The translations under genes were made by a program, and so were the position numbers. The notes below the pieces were generated by a model that ran no database searches, was not told the DNA's origin, and saw only the letters and a list, made by a program, of their open reading frames with translations. A DNA stretch of 64,000 nt from Zygnema circumcarinatum SAG 698-1b (Eukaryota; Plantae; Zygnematophyceae), in contig CM074813.1 in the NCBI GenBank assembly GCA_037447605.1, positions 3,100,001 to 3,164,000 on the forward strand. Direction: 5' to 3'. This document shows, in pieces, positions 1 through 12,100 of the stretch. Each line of letters starts with the position of its first letter. Position 1 is the stretch's first letter.

Positions 1-238
1 CAGCCATGACATTCCTAGCTCCAAAGGCATGCCTTATGGCATCACATTCATCGGCCTACCATGTTCCGAAGCATCCCTCATACAAATAGGGTACGCTTTT
101 GAGCAGGCGACCATGCTAAGGGAGGCATTGTCATTTGACACCCTCCAGAACAACGCCGGTTTCCATGTTCCACTTTCCGTTGCGCATGACAGCCGCAAAG
201 ATCACGGTCTGACTGACACGGAAACGCAAGAGCTTTGA
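1..238 (+). CDS. 3' end of an amidase-signature family protein (5'-partial)
   Basis: Frame reads GMPYGITFIGLPCSEASLIQIGYAFEQATMLR and ends TGA at 238. This matches the C-terminal 'G.P.GI.F.G....E..L..+.YAFEQAT..R' pattern of plant/fungal amidases as recalled. Confidence 0.75.
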   Translation, partial: SHDIPSSKGMPYGITFIGLPCSEASLIQIGYAFEQATMLREALSFDTLQNNAGFHVPLSVAHDSRKDHGLTDTETQEL

Positions 239-754
239 GATGGTTCAAAAGCATGGACGTATTGAGGAGCGTCGCTTATGGAAAAGCAAGAAACCAATCA
301 GATACCGAGTCATTTCGAGTTCTTCAACTTCCTAGAGTTGAGACTCCGCAATATTTGCCTCTTCCTGGACTTGACACACGTTAGGAAGGTTCTGGATCGT
401 AAAATAAAGGAGTTTAATCTTTTTGCAAGTAGTTTGTGCTCTTCCCTCAACTTTCCCCTTTCCCTTTGCTACTTTTTATATTTCATTGTCTATTATAAAA
501 AAGCAAGCAAAGAGCGATATGGTATAAAGTAAATTTGTAACTGTGTCAAACTACAGCAGTGATCAAACCGCCTAAAAGACACAAGACACCGCCCACTATG
601 AGCTTCTAAATCGTGTTACGGTTAACAATGCGTGGCCACAGTCGGCAATAACGATTCTTCGGACGGCTTAAAAGTGATCGTCGGTCTTAGTCACACATGA
701 AAGGGGATCCTTTATCAAGGCTGCACTCATTCTAAATTGGTACGAGAGTTGTGA

Positions 755-2189
755 CTACACTGGCACTGCCAGCTGTCCTACAACTTGAAGCATCACAGAA
801 AGGCTAACGATAGCGAGCTTGAATGTGCATATTCTCGAGTTCTTGGTAGACGGTGTTTCAATATCAGGAGGCGTGGAGCAAGAGTCAATTGCAATGTGAC
901 CAATTGAATGGTCTGTGGGAGTACTCTCTGTTCCTCCTCCAACTGTGTGGAACACGAGAACGTTTGGATCTGCACATTCAACCGCCATTCCATCAATTAG
1001 GAAGGCCTGCATATACAAGCAGATATTTTATTTCTGCACATTTTTTTGAACAATTAAAATCAGGTGTCTGCTACAATCTTGAACCACGATTTTTCCCTGT
1101 TCTTCTTCAGTTATTCTGCCGGCACGTCCTGTGTTCATTTTACCAGGGCAATCCACCATAAACGAAGTAGAGCCTGTCTTAAGAAGAAAATCAGGATCTG
1201 AACGAGAAAATGCAGGATATGCCTCGACAACTACGCTTTAGCACCAGAAAAAAGGAAAAAACGCATAGGGCTGCTGCAAGGGACTGCATACCTGCAATGC
1301 AATTGTAAGATGAGCAATCAACGTTCAGACTATAAGAGCTGTCCTTCTTCAAGTTAGTCAGTGCGAACTGATACACTCTAGCGTCGTCATAAAGATCCTG
1401 ATTACTGCAGTCGGAGGTCCCGTCCAAGCATAGTGTTGCCCGGCAAGAACTTTGGCACGTAGAGTTCCGAAATTCGATTGTCACAAATCGAAACGAATGA
1501 AATGTGTTGCTCGACAAAAAGCCTGTGAAAATTCTCAGCAACTAGACAGCATGAATCATTTCGCTACAAGTTTCAATTCGCAGCACAGACAAGATTACAG
1601 TTTTCCTAAAGACTGCTACGCTATACATTGGAGAATCAATTTTGAAAGCTATTGAGCGATTTTAAGAAAGATGCAGCTTCTTGTGCATGATCGTGCTCGT
1701 GCTATTCACATCAATCACAAACACTGCCACGGAAGCACCATCTTGGGCAAAACTTACCTTCAGCCATACGCAGATCTTTATCATCAACATCTGCTCCTAC
1801 ACAGCTGCTGCTTTTCAACAGATTCCTCCTCACATCATCAAGTACCTGCGAACTGGATGGCTCTAAAGCCCACGCTGCCAAGAAGCCCTGTAGTATCCAG
1901 CCATCAGAAAGCATCCAATCGTCATGATCGTGTAAGCAACGCTTCCGTCTAATATAGCATAACGCGCAACCTGACTCTCCAACGACTCCAGAAATCCTTG
2001 TCTCCTCCCCGACTTGCAGCATACAAGACGTGCAAAGTCTTCTAACACCAGCACTTTGGAACCACTTTTTCTGCTTCGAACGCACATACCTACAAGTTTA
2101 TAAGTTATTGAATGCAGCTTAAATCTTACCATCAGTAGCACGAGCAGGGTCAGCCATGGTTGCCATAAAATCCTGGAGAGTGTCTGCAT
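755..2189 (-). CDS. Multi-exon gene of unknown function; possibly a secreted or membrane-anchored Cys-rich protein. 5' structure uncertain and may extend to ~2440.
   Basis: Phase-compatible GT-AG exons at ~1522-1292 (GFLSSNTFHSFRF...DCSSYNCIAG) and ~1200-1142 (DPDFLLKTGSTSFMVDCP). Terminal exon ~970-755 ends in hydrophobic LAIVSLSVMLQVVGQLAVPV*. ATG 2189 gives a signal-like MQTLSRILWQPWLTLLVLLM followed by a GTAAG donor. No family recognised. Confidence 0.45.
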
Positions 2190-2840
2190 GGCGGTCTACC
2201 ATGTACATCCAGTCAACAGATCTCAAGAAATCTAAAGCTCCTGCTCTTGCAAGATTCAGCACCCAATCGCAAATTCTTGAAAGTCTCCAATCGGCTGAGA
2301 AGTAGGCGGCAGAGCGAGGAAGTGCGCGGTTTGCAAGGAGACGACGCTACTGAAATAGCTTCGACTTGGGCATAAAGCTGAAGTTGCAGCATTCCATGGC
2401 GGCGGTGACTGCCGGCGGCCCTGCCTGGCGCGAGCCGACTCACTCGGCGCCGCTTACTTTGTCCTTCAAATTTTCGCTTATCGTAAAACCACGTCCCCGG
2501 GCATTCAAACTTAGCGCCGGTCAGAGTCCAGGTCTACGCGCACAAGGAAAAACGAAGATCTAACGGCCAAATCATCCCCTGCTTGGCTGCGGACGATTTT
2601 GGGCCGTTAGATATTGCCTCCGCCCAACGCATTTGCTCGATTTGCACTGCGAGCACAGCTCTGGGCCACACCATGCATCCATCATGCATGCATGCATGCA
2701 TGGAAAGGTGACATCAGGTTGGCCCCATGCTCTCCACGACGCGAGCAAAAGTGAACAGCACACGTGGAACTCAATGTGCAACATGGAATGGCAGATCCGC
2801 CATTCCCTTGTTGGGTCTGTCGAGTCAATACTATAGCCAT

Positions 2841-2921
2841 TAGGGCGTGTCAGACTTAACAAAATGTTAAGAATATCGAGTTTTTAGTATTACGAGATTT
2901 TTTTAAGTCTGACACGCCCTA
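2841..2921. mobile_element. 81-bp MITE-like element with perfect 19-bp terminal inverted repeats
   Basis: TAGGGCGTGTCAGACTTAA (2841-2859) is the exact reverse complement of TTAAGTCTGACACGCCCTA (2903-2921). The interior is AT-rich. The terminal TA could be a target-site duplication. Confidence 0.65.
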
Positions 2922-3399
2922 TTGGAACCATTACACATTCGAAACGTTTCCACAGACATGCATCAAACCCGAATAGGGTAATTTTGCAGCTACAATATGA
3001 GAAGGAACAACAAAATTCGAATGATGCCGGCCTTGCCCAATGTTGCGTGGCTGGTGTTTGTCGGCGCCGTGCACCTTCATGCGCAGGACTAGACGTTTGT
3101 CGCCTCACAAGTCACAACTCGAGCGTCCAATGGCTTCGCCCATTGTCAACGGTTGGCTCGGTTCTACGCCAACGACTGTGGAATGCATGGCAATCATAAA
3201 GAACAGGGGGATAATGGCATTGAACCCACGATGGCGAGGCCATCAAATGTACAATCATAAAGCATCCAACCCTGCCAAACGTTGGCTATTCCAGCCATCA
3301 ACGTTTCCAACCATTGCACACGGTTGCCAATTGAATGCGCCACCATTTGATGCGACAGGCGAACGCATCCAAGCCGCCCTGCGGAATCATTGCCATAAT

Positions 3400-4940
3400 C
3401 CATCCCGCGGTTGACGAGTGCGTGTTTTGTCGTCACGCGACCAAAGCCCGGCCCGTCGTTTCCGTGCCACGTGGAGCCGTCCGTCTGTCTGCCCCCCGTC
3501 TGACGCGGCACCGTTTGTCGGACCCGCGTCCCCCTGATGTCCCCCGTGCGTCCCTCCGCTGGAAATATCGCCCAGCCCGTGCCCACCGCCCGCCGCCCGC
3601 CGCCCGCACGCCCGCCCTTCTCGCCCGCCCGCATTGATGGTGGCGGGCGGCGCCCCCTCCGCGCGGATCCGTCCGCGGACTTCCGACGATCTCTCGCGCA
3701 TCGCTTCGCGGATCCTCCGCTGCGCTCATGGCCACGTGGCGCCTCGCACTCTGCACCAGACATCAATGTCGAGAGAGAAAAAATCTCAGTTCTAGATTCT
3801 TGGCCTCATATTCGCTGACGCGAAGGTGTGAGGGAGAGCTCCTATTGGCTCGTTAGGATGGCCAAATCCGGATCCCCGTGCGGCCGTTCGTGTCTCCGAG
3901 CCGCGCGGACGCGGCCACGTGTCCGCCGGCCGCCCGGCGCCGGCCCGTCTCATTGAAGGCGCGGCCGCTCTCAGCCGCCTGGCGGGCGCCCCCTCCCCCC
4001 CTTCTTCGCCCGGATCGGAGCGGAATCCGCCGTTGGCCGGCACGTGCCCAGCGGGGCGCCGTCCAGCGATCTTTTTTTTGTGTGTTTTCCCGCACTGTAC
4101 GGCGCGGTGACGTACGCACTGCATGTATGCACAGCATGCCCCATGTCACCATGTGGCCATGTGTAGCCACCTCGTACGGCCTGCCTCGTACGGCCTTCCT
4201 CGTACGGCCTGCCTGCCCTGTCACAGTCAGACAACTCAGACGCCTTCCATCCGCGCGCCTCTGCCAAGTTCAGTATTCGTCGCCTTGTGTCCGTACGCGC
4301 CACCTGTCGCGTCCATCCAACGGCCAAGTCCCGCGGCCCCGCGCCCTGTCCGGCCCTCCGAATCCCATATACGACAGCGCCGGCAGATTTCGCCCGCCCG
4401 GGTGACCCGCGGCTCATTGAATGCGCGCTCGCTTCAGGTGCGCCCCCCGCTCGTACGGCTGCACTGTACGGATCCCGCTGCGCGCCGCGAGGGGGTCGGC
4501 TCCGAGCCGCTTCCCCTGCGCGTGTGGGGCTTTGGTCGGCCAATGCGCGCGCGCCATGTAGGCGGGGGGGCCAGCGAGGCGGGCGGGCCGGCTAGCGGAG
4601 GGGCCCCATAAAGGCCGGCGGGGCGGGGCGAAGGGGGCTGAGAGGAGCGCTCTGGCAGACGGACGTGCGGACGGGCCGGGCCGGCAGACTGGCTGGCTGG
4701 CTGACTGACCAGCGGGCGGGCGGGCGGCGGACTGCCTGGCGGACGGCCGCCGCAGGGACCCGCGACGCGGCGGGAAACACGGGCGAGCGACCGGGAGGCA
4801 GGGCGGGGAGGGAGGGAGGGACCGAGAGCAGGGGTTGGGAGAGGGGGGGAGAGGGAGAGACTGGGGACAGGGAAAGGAGAGCTGCCGAGGAAGGGGCGGG
4901 AGGGGACAGCGTGCGAGGGAGGAGGGGCGAGAGAGCGGTG
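3400..4940. promoter_or_regulatory. GC-rich divergent promoter island
   Basis: Lies between divergent genes. GCCACGTG at 3466, 3731, 3914; CCAAT/ATTGG at 3844 and 4540; CTCGTACGGCC x3 at 4171-4209; GA-rich leader ~4790-4935. Confidence 0.55.
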
Positions 4941-4941
4941 A

Positions 4942-7295
4942 ATGGCTACGCAGTGGGGGAAGGTCAGGCCTTCCTTGATCGAGGTCCCAAGAGGGAATGA
5001 GGAGGAGGAAGCCGAGCACTGCTCATCCCAACTACCAGATCTCACACGGAACTCTCCGGAAGACTTGCTCCGCTTCGTCGAGCTCTCTTTGAGAGAGTCT
5101 TTTCTGCGTATGGCGAATGAGGGAACTCAGCGAAGCGGGACCGGTAACGGTAGCGTCAATGGAGCGGAGGGAAAATGGGGAAAATCCGGTAACCCTTTCT
5201 CTCCACGCGTCGCCCACGACTTCCCCACGCCGCCGCTGAGCCCTGATGGGCCGCCTGAGGGTTCAGGGAGAGCGGAGGATCAGGGGGCATATGCGGCGGC
5301 TCAGTCGGAGCATCCGTTTGAATGCGGGGAGAGTGAGCGAGAGCGGGAGAGTGAGCGAGAGCGGGAGAGGGAGGAAAAGGAGAAGGATAGGGAGGCTAGA
5401 TGGAAGGGATTGTACACTGTGGGAGAGTCGGTGGTTGTGAGATGTAACCGCTCAAAATGGCGTTTTGCTGAGATTGTTAAGATCTCTGCTGAGGGCATAA
5501 GGCTTTGGGTGGCGTCTGCAAAAGCGAATGTGGACGTGCCGGCGGCTTTGGTGAACAGCCATTTAGCGAAGGAGTTTCCGGCGGAGTGTGGAGGGGAAGG
5601 GCAGCAGAGTTCTGGCCATGGACCGGGGACGGGAGGGAGGGGAGGGGGAGTGGGAGGGGTAGCGGTAGTGGAGGGAGGAGTTTCGAGTGGGAGAGGAAGG
5701 GTCGCGGTGCCTCCGGGGTCGGCGGGATATTTGAAGTCTCCAGTGCATGCGGTGCGGCCGGCGCATCTGTCTCACAGGTAAGCAGAGGGATGGGAGCAAG
5801 GCAGAGGGAGGAGACAGGGAAAGGGAGGAAAGAGGTGAAATGCAGAAGAGAGAGGAGATTGGTGAGGGACATGTATTGAATATTATCAGAGGCTTAGATT
5901 CTTCCTGATTTTGAAGCTGACTCGAGTCCATTTTTGAATGCAGACAACTTTACAAGCAGGTGGCGCTGGAGCCCTTGACCTTCCCTCCGTCCAGAACCGT
6001 TCATAGCGGCTCCAAGGAACGTGGATCTCCAGTTGAAGGAGTCTGTGATTTGGAGTGCGATGACGGCTTCTCCCCTGGGAACGGACGTTTTAGGGTTACA
6101 GCAAATGCAGTGGATGTTCTTAGCGTGGCGGGGGCGAACCCTATTCAAGGCGGAAGCAGCCGAAGAAGCAGCCATGGCTGCCGAAGTAGTGGGGACGAGT
6201 CCCCTTTCAGGCCGGGAAGGTGTCCCTCTGTTGGAGCTCCCTCAAGGAGTTCAGGAACTCCGCCGAGTAGTGGGCTTTCAAGAACGCAAAGTCGCGACTT
6301 GAAGGCTTTTTTGGTGGAGCGGGAGACGAGCATTTCCGGTTAGTTAACGCTGAAACCCTAATCTTTGCTGTCGCAAATAAAGTGTAGGCTTTTTGTTGCC
6401 TATGTAACAGTGAGAGTGGGAGTTGTAGAGGTACGGAGAGTGAGGGGAGCGTGCGAATTGAAGGCGATGAAGGGCAAGGGATTGAAGGAGAATGATATGA
6501 AGAGATGTGATATGGAGAGTGAGTGGGGAAAGTACGCAATGTCGCTTGTGTTCTAAATTTGCTGCATTGTTTGATTTCTGCTTTGCAGGCCGTCCTCGTC
6601 CTCCTAACGGAAAAGCGGGATCAAGTTCCATGGCGCCTGCTGTTCAACCGCTGGACGGTGTTCCAGTATTCAGTCACAGAAGGAGAAGTAACATGACGCT
6701 TTTGTGCTCTACAGAGGGGCTGTATGGCGCTCTGCCTTCCCAAAAGAATGTCGCCGTGGAGCCGTCTTCAGACAGTGCAAGCGCAGCCAAACCGAAAGGG
6801 CTTCGAAGGACGCAATCTCTTGACAGCCGACAGGGATCCCGTAAAGTAGAAGCTTCTCCAACTCCAAGATGGTTCTCTCCTCCTGCTCCCGCTTCGCCTG
6901 CTCTCTATAATGAGAGAAAGGATGAAGGAGAGCCGTATCGGCAGATGTCGGAGGTCATGGCGGAGCCTGAAAATCTAAACCTACCAGATCGGGTCGAGAC
7001 CTCAAAGGCTTCTGAAGCAGTTTCTGAAGCTTCTAGAAGCGAGATGGAGGGAGAGAAGGAGGGGGAGAAGGAGGGGGAGGGTGAGATTCAGTGGGGAGAA
7101 GAGCAACGGAGCATGTGGAGCATGGAAGGGCAGTGGATTGCCGTCGTAAAGAACGGAAAAGACACTCGGCCGAAGGATCCGGAGGTTGAGCGGATGGCGG
7201 CGTTTAAGGAGGGGAACTTGGGGAAGGATGTCTCGGAAGGGGGCAAGAAGACGAGAAAGAAGGAGGAATGGCTGCTCCCTTTGAAGCGAGATTAG
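4942..7295 (+). CDS. Three-exon protein of unknown function, largely low-complexity, with one Tudor/SH3-like beta-barrel motif
   Basis: Exons 4942-5777, 5944-6338, 6589-7295 join in frame through GT-AG introns (phase 2, phase 1). Motif LYTVGESVVVRCNRSKWRFAEIVKISAEGIRLWV at 5410-5511. Confidence 0.7.
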
Positions 7296-8099
7296 CTTAG
7301 GTTAGGTTTCACAATTCAAGCTCAACTTGCTTGATTTTAAGCGTTAGCTAGGGTTTCAGCTTCAGTTTGATTAGGCCAAAGTGTACAGCAGGGTCACTTG
7401 TCAAAACTTATGTAAATCTTAAGCTGTTCATGTATCCTAAGTAGGAGGTTTAGATGTCCAGAGGGTAAACAGGGCTAGGCGAAGCTGTAGCTGTAACTGT
7501 AACATCATGAGGGCAATGTGCCCAGTTTTGGCTTTCAATAATGATCTACAGCAGGGGGGAATAAGAGGGCACTGCAGTCTTAGAAAAGCGGTCTTTTAGG
7601 TTATCTATCTGTCCAGCCCTGTCTCACTCGGCCGCGCTCCATTTCATCCGCACACATGTACACAAACAGGGAAAAACCCGCACACTTTGTGTGTTGTTTC
7701 TGCCTATCCGTAGCTGGATGGTGCGAGAATGAATGATTGGTCGTTTTAATGATGCAGCAGATGAATGTGATGCTTTATCTCGTACACTATGTGGTTGCAT
7801 GCGCAGGAAGGGTCTTCCTTCATTGTATCCCACTGGTTGCGCATCCTCCAATGGCAGAGCATGATGGTCTCCATGCTGGATACCTCTGCATGTCTGTCGG
7901 ACCTTCGCATAGACGAAGCGGGAAAGTGCCACGCTCGATGTGGCCTTCATGCTGAATGAAGTTCGATGTTGGCGCGAAGGGACGGTTGCTCCCTCAGTGA
8001 GGGGAAGCAGTGCCCCAATGCGCAGTCGGAAGTAGTTCCCATGCCTCCTCGCCATGGCTACCTGCCTGCCTCCTTGAGTCGCGCCACACAAAAGTGCAG

Positions 8100-8960
8100 T
8101 ACGTAGTGTGAGTTCACCAACACACGGTGGAACTTGGACGCCTGAAATATGGCAACAAGTCCATGGCAATGCCATGCATGCATGCATGCATGCATGCATA
8201 CATGCGAGGTACGTGATGTTTGCACCAGCCATCCAAGCATGCATGTTGCGCTGCATGAGTGCCAGTGTGCCACATGCCATCATCGCCTGCGACCCGCACG
8301 GTAAATCGCCCCCCCCCCCCCCCNNNNNNNNNNCCCCCCCCCCCCCCCCCGGCCGTACGAGTCGCTCCGCCGGCCGCGGGAGGCGGTCGGTCGGTCAACG
8401 GGGCCCACCCGGTCTGGACCGTTCGTACACATACCGTACAGCGGCCGCTTGGCGCTCGAGCCGTGCGGCGGAGGGAGGCGCCGATCGGCGATCGTCCGCG
8501 TTAAGCCGAACGTTCGTCGAGGTTCAAGCGATCGGACGGCCAGGGCGCGGCGATCGTGTGAGAATCGACGGACGGGAATGGGGTCCCCTCTCGGAATGAC
8601 CGCGGGACAGGGGAAAACGGATATTCCGCCACGTGACAGCCGAGAAAAGGCGCCGCAGGACGGGGCAAAAAAACGTGGAATATTCGTACGGACTGTGAGT
8701 CCAAGTCCATGACATCAACTGACGTCATGAAGTTGCGAACTAGAGGAAGGGCCCTCAGCTTGTCCCCGCGCCCACGGAGCCCTCCCATTGGCCGCAGCGC
8801 CCGGGAATTGTGGTCCTGCGTGGCGCGCGAGCGGGAGGCGGAGGGGCTAAGGGAGAGAGCGGGAGAGGAGGGAGAGAAAGGAGCGGGAGAGAGAGGGAGA
8901 GAGAGCGACAGGAGGGAGAGGAAGGAGTGGGAGAGAGAGGGAGAGGAGAGAAGGAGACAT
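8100..8960 (+). promoter_or_regulatory. GC-rich promoter island upstream of the mTERF gene
   Basis: (CATG)6 at 8173-8196, GGCCGTACGAG at 8351, GCCACGTG at 8628, ATTGG at 8787, then a GA-rich leader. Contains an N gap in a poly-C run. Confidence 0.5.
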
Positions 8961-8963
8961 GTG

Positions 8964-9145
8964 ATGATGCACAGCCTCCCTTGCGGTTCTATATTCGGGC
9001 AAAGGACAGGATGGTCCGGTTTTCCATGTGAGAAGTTCGAGTTTCCGTTGAACGGGGAATGCCGGGAGGCTGTAAGGAGGGGATACCCGCTTGTGCTGGC
9101 TTTCAGGTGTGTGGGGGGTGAGGGGCAGGAGAAGAGAGAGAGAGG

Positions 9146-9183
<38 letters not shown>

Positions 9184-12100
9184 GAACAAGAAGAGGCAAG
9201 AAAGAGTGTGAGGGAGAGAAACGAAAGCAAGAGAGTCGGGGAGAAAGAGAGGATAGGCGATAGGAAGGACGATAGAGGAGAGAGGAATGATAAAGAGCGA
9301 GAGGGAGAGGAAATGAGGGGATATGGGAGCGAGAGAGAGAGAGACACAGAGCGAGAGAGAGAGCGAGCGAGAGAGAGAGAGAGATATCCACATTCAAGAT
9401 CCACCTAAATCTCAATCTTCTGCTACATGGAACCTGAGCGACACATTCACGAGAATTCATCAGCTGTTCCTTTTTAGGAGCACATTGAAATTTTAAAAAT
9501 ATTGTTCCACTCTCAGCTAACTCAATGAAAGTCTTTCCCGTGTGAAGGTCATTTAAGGATATTCATTTATGACCCTGAAGTTTGAGGGTCGAACTTATTT
9601 CCTCCTCATGTTTCAGAGCAGATGGAGTAACGGAGAAATGGGGAGTGTATCAGGCAGAGAGAGAGAGAAAAGGGAGGGGAGGGGAGATGGAGGGAATGAG
9701 AGAAATTATTTTTCCTAGTTTCATTGTTAAATCTATTTCTTGTCTTGTTGTGTATCTTTTTTCAGGCGTAGCAGACACCATCCCTCCTCTCCCGCCCCCC
9801 CTCCGTCACAGGGTGGTGACCCTCCTTTGAGTATTTTCACAAATTATCGACAGAATGAAAGGGCCAAATTTGTAAATTCTTTGGCGGCTTCGGAAGAATC
9901 TGAAAGCGGAGGACAAGCCGCCGTCCTCGATCATCCTTCGTCTGAAAACCACTCTTTAATTCCTCTGCAAAATGTCGACGTCGTTTTTGCGCACGAAACG
10001 ATTAATGTCCCGAATACTGGGACTGGACAGAGCGAAGGGGGTGCAAAGAACACGGCCCCTAATTTTTCTACAAGTCCTGAAACCGTGGATGTCCCCAGGA
10101 ACTCTAGAAAGATAAGGAAGGTTAAAGAATCTGAAATTCTAATAGAGCTCAATGACCGGAAGAGCAGGAAGAGCAGGAGCGCTACTGAGAAGAAGAAAGT
10201 GCTGTATGTTAATGGAGGGGATGGAGTGGAAAATATGCTAGGAGCTTTTTCAGAACCTTCAAGCAAATGTGAAGGCTCTGTAGAGTCTCTTGAGATGGAG
10301 AACATTTTGGGGAGTGCGAAATCTAGTTTTAATCCGCAAACTAGCACCCACCTTAAAGTGCATAACAGGCCTAAAGGCCCTGGAAGCCCTAAGATGTCCC
10401 AACATTCTAAAGCCCTTAAACTACCCCCCAATCCAATTCTTTCAAATAAAGAAGGAGAGCCCAAATGTCCATGGCCAGGGAGCCTCACTTCCGTGGTCTC
10501 GCCAATGGAAAGACTTGAAAGTTTAAGTTCTGAGGAGAGATCAACACAGGATTCTTTCAGGTCAAGCAGTCAAGGATGGGTAGCAAGTCAAGCTGTAACG
10601 CTTTACCCTAGTGTTTACTCAAGTTCCATGTCAGTTTTGGCGAGAGGAAACAGTCGACATTTTCAACGGGACGGCGTTCATCGGAGCAAAAGGACGGCGG
10701 GAAGTTGGGATGTGGGGGAGCTGGATGAGGCACTCTTGAAGCTCATGCAACCGAAGGAGAAGCAACCAAACGAGTACAGGGGGTCTCTGGCCGTGCAGGT
10801 AGGGGAGGCCCGAAAACACTTTCAACCTTAAAGTTTCTGAAGCCCTCAATTGAACTCCTCGCCCCCTCCCCCCCTTCCCCCCTTTCTTCAAAGCTCCTTT
10901 AGCCTAAAATTTCAAACTCTTAAAGCCCTAATACATGCAACCCACAGGATCCGACAGGAATTTCATTATTGGCTCGTACGGAAAACTATTGAAATTCAAG
11001 GTCTCCCCAAAGGCCTCGCAACCAACAAATTTTGAAGTAACACAAATCGAAATAAAGACATAGGGAAACTAAAACACATCAAGAATAAAACGGGAGGAAT
11101 TATGCAGGAGGGCAAGAGGGAGTGCGTCCGAACAATTTTTGAGGCGGAGCTTCGGGCTCGGGGCCTTCCGGAAGCTGCCGCGAAAGCGGTGGCGGTGAAG
11201 GCTCCGGGCTTTGTGGACGGACTGCTTTTGGAGGCGAAGCAGGCGGACTGGGCGGCGTACTCCCGAGGCCTCCCATTGGCTGAGAGCCTGCCAGATCAGA
11301 TTCGGGATATGCTGGAACGAAGCGGGACTGCAAGGATCGTATTCTATCTCTACAGCTTGGGAATGGAGGTAGGTTGGGTGGAGGAGGAGGAGATGAGGGT
11401 GAAGAGGAGGGAGAAGGGGAAGGGGGAGAAATAGTTTTTTTTTCTGAACTTCATTTGTCATTTCCATGCTGTTCGCCGGTACTCTTCTTCCTCCTCTCTG
11501 CGCCACCTGGTAATCGAGCACTCAATCTCACTCTCACCCTAGAAGGAATCCTGAAGTCTTGTCTCGGTCTTTCACGCAATGTGGTTGTCTCTGCGAATGG
11601 CTCGCTCGCTGAGAAATCTCTACGTCCCATGCTAATCACTGTTTTCCTCTCCGCTCTTAAGTATCTTTCTATTTTCTCTCCCTTGAAACCCGCCCTCTCT
11701 CTGGCTGTTTCTTTCTTCCTCTCAAAACATCACTTTTCCCCTCTATCCCCCCTAAAACTCCCTTCACCCTCACACACACACACACACACACACACAATGC
11801 CTCATTCTTGGCAATTGGATGACCGTAAACTCAGGCGTCGAGTATCGGAAAAGCAGTAAACTCTCGCTCCTTATTATTTAGCGATGTTGTCGCACAAGTA
11901 CAACTTTTGTTTAGTGTTGGAGTACGACCTCGGGCAGTTGCGCAAGTTTTAAGTGGCTGCCCTAACTTTCTTGGACTATCTCTCGAACTTCTTCGTGCGA
12001 ACATGGGATATCTTCACGAAGTTGGAGTGAAGGTAAAGCCTGAACACTGTAAGCGCCTCCGCATCTTTTCACTCCTTTTTTTAAAAGCATTGTGGTAATT

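Noticed and set aside
2348-2398. Kozak-context ATG followed by an in-frame TAG and a further open frame, suggesting readthrough or a variant genetic code
   Set aside because: PSY and FolD clearly terminate at TAG, so the code is standard. The ATG at 2189 gives a simpler model; this may be a uORF.
3194-5045. Numerous overlapping Arg/Pro/Gly/Ala-rich ORFs in GC islands (also ~15.3-16.2, 17.3-18.1, 37.5-38.3, 50-51.4, 56.5-58.2 kb)
   Set aside because: Stop codons are depleted by high GC. ORFs overlap in all frames with no domain signature.
7624-8283. ORFs between gene 4942-7295 and the mTERF promoter as transposase remnants (also 19371-19676, 43529-43735)
   Set aside because: No RT, integrase, DDE or HUH motif is recognisable in any frame I read.
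8501-9460. (LS)n and (ER)n ORFs
   Set aside because: Translations of (CT)n/(GA)n microsatellites in leaders and introns.
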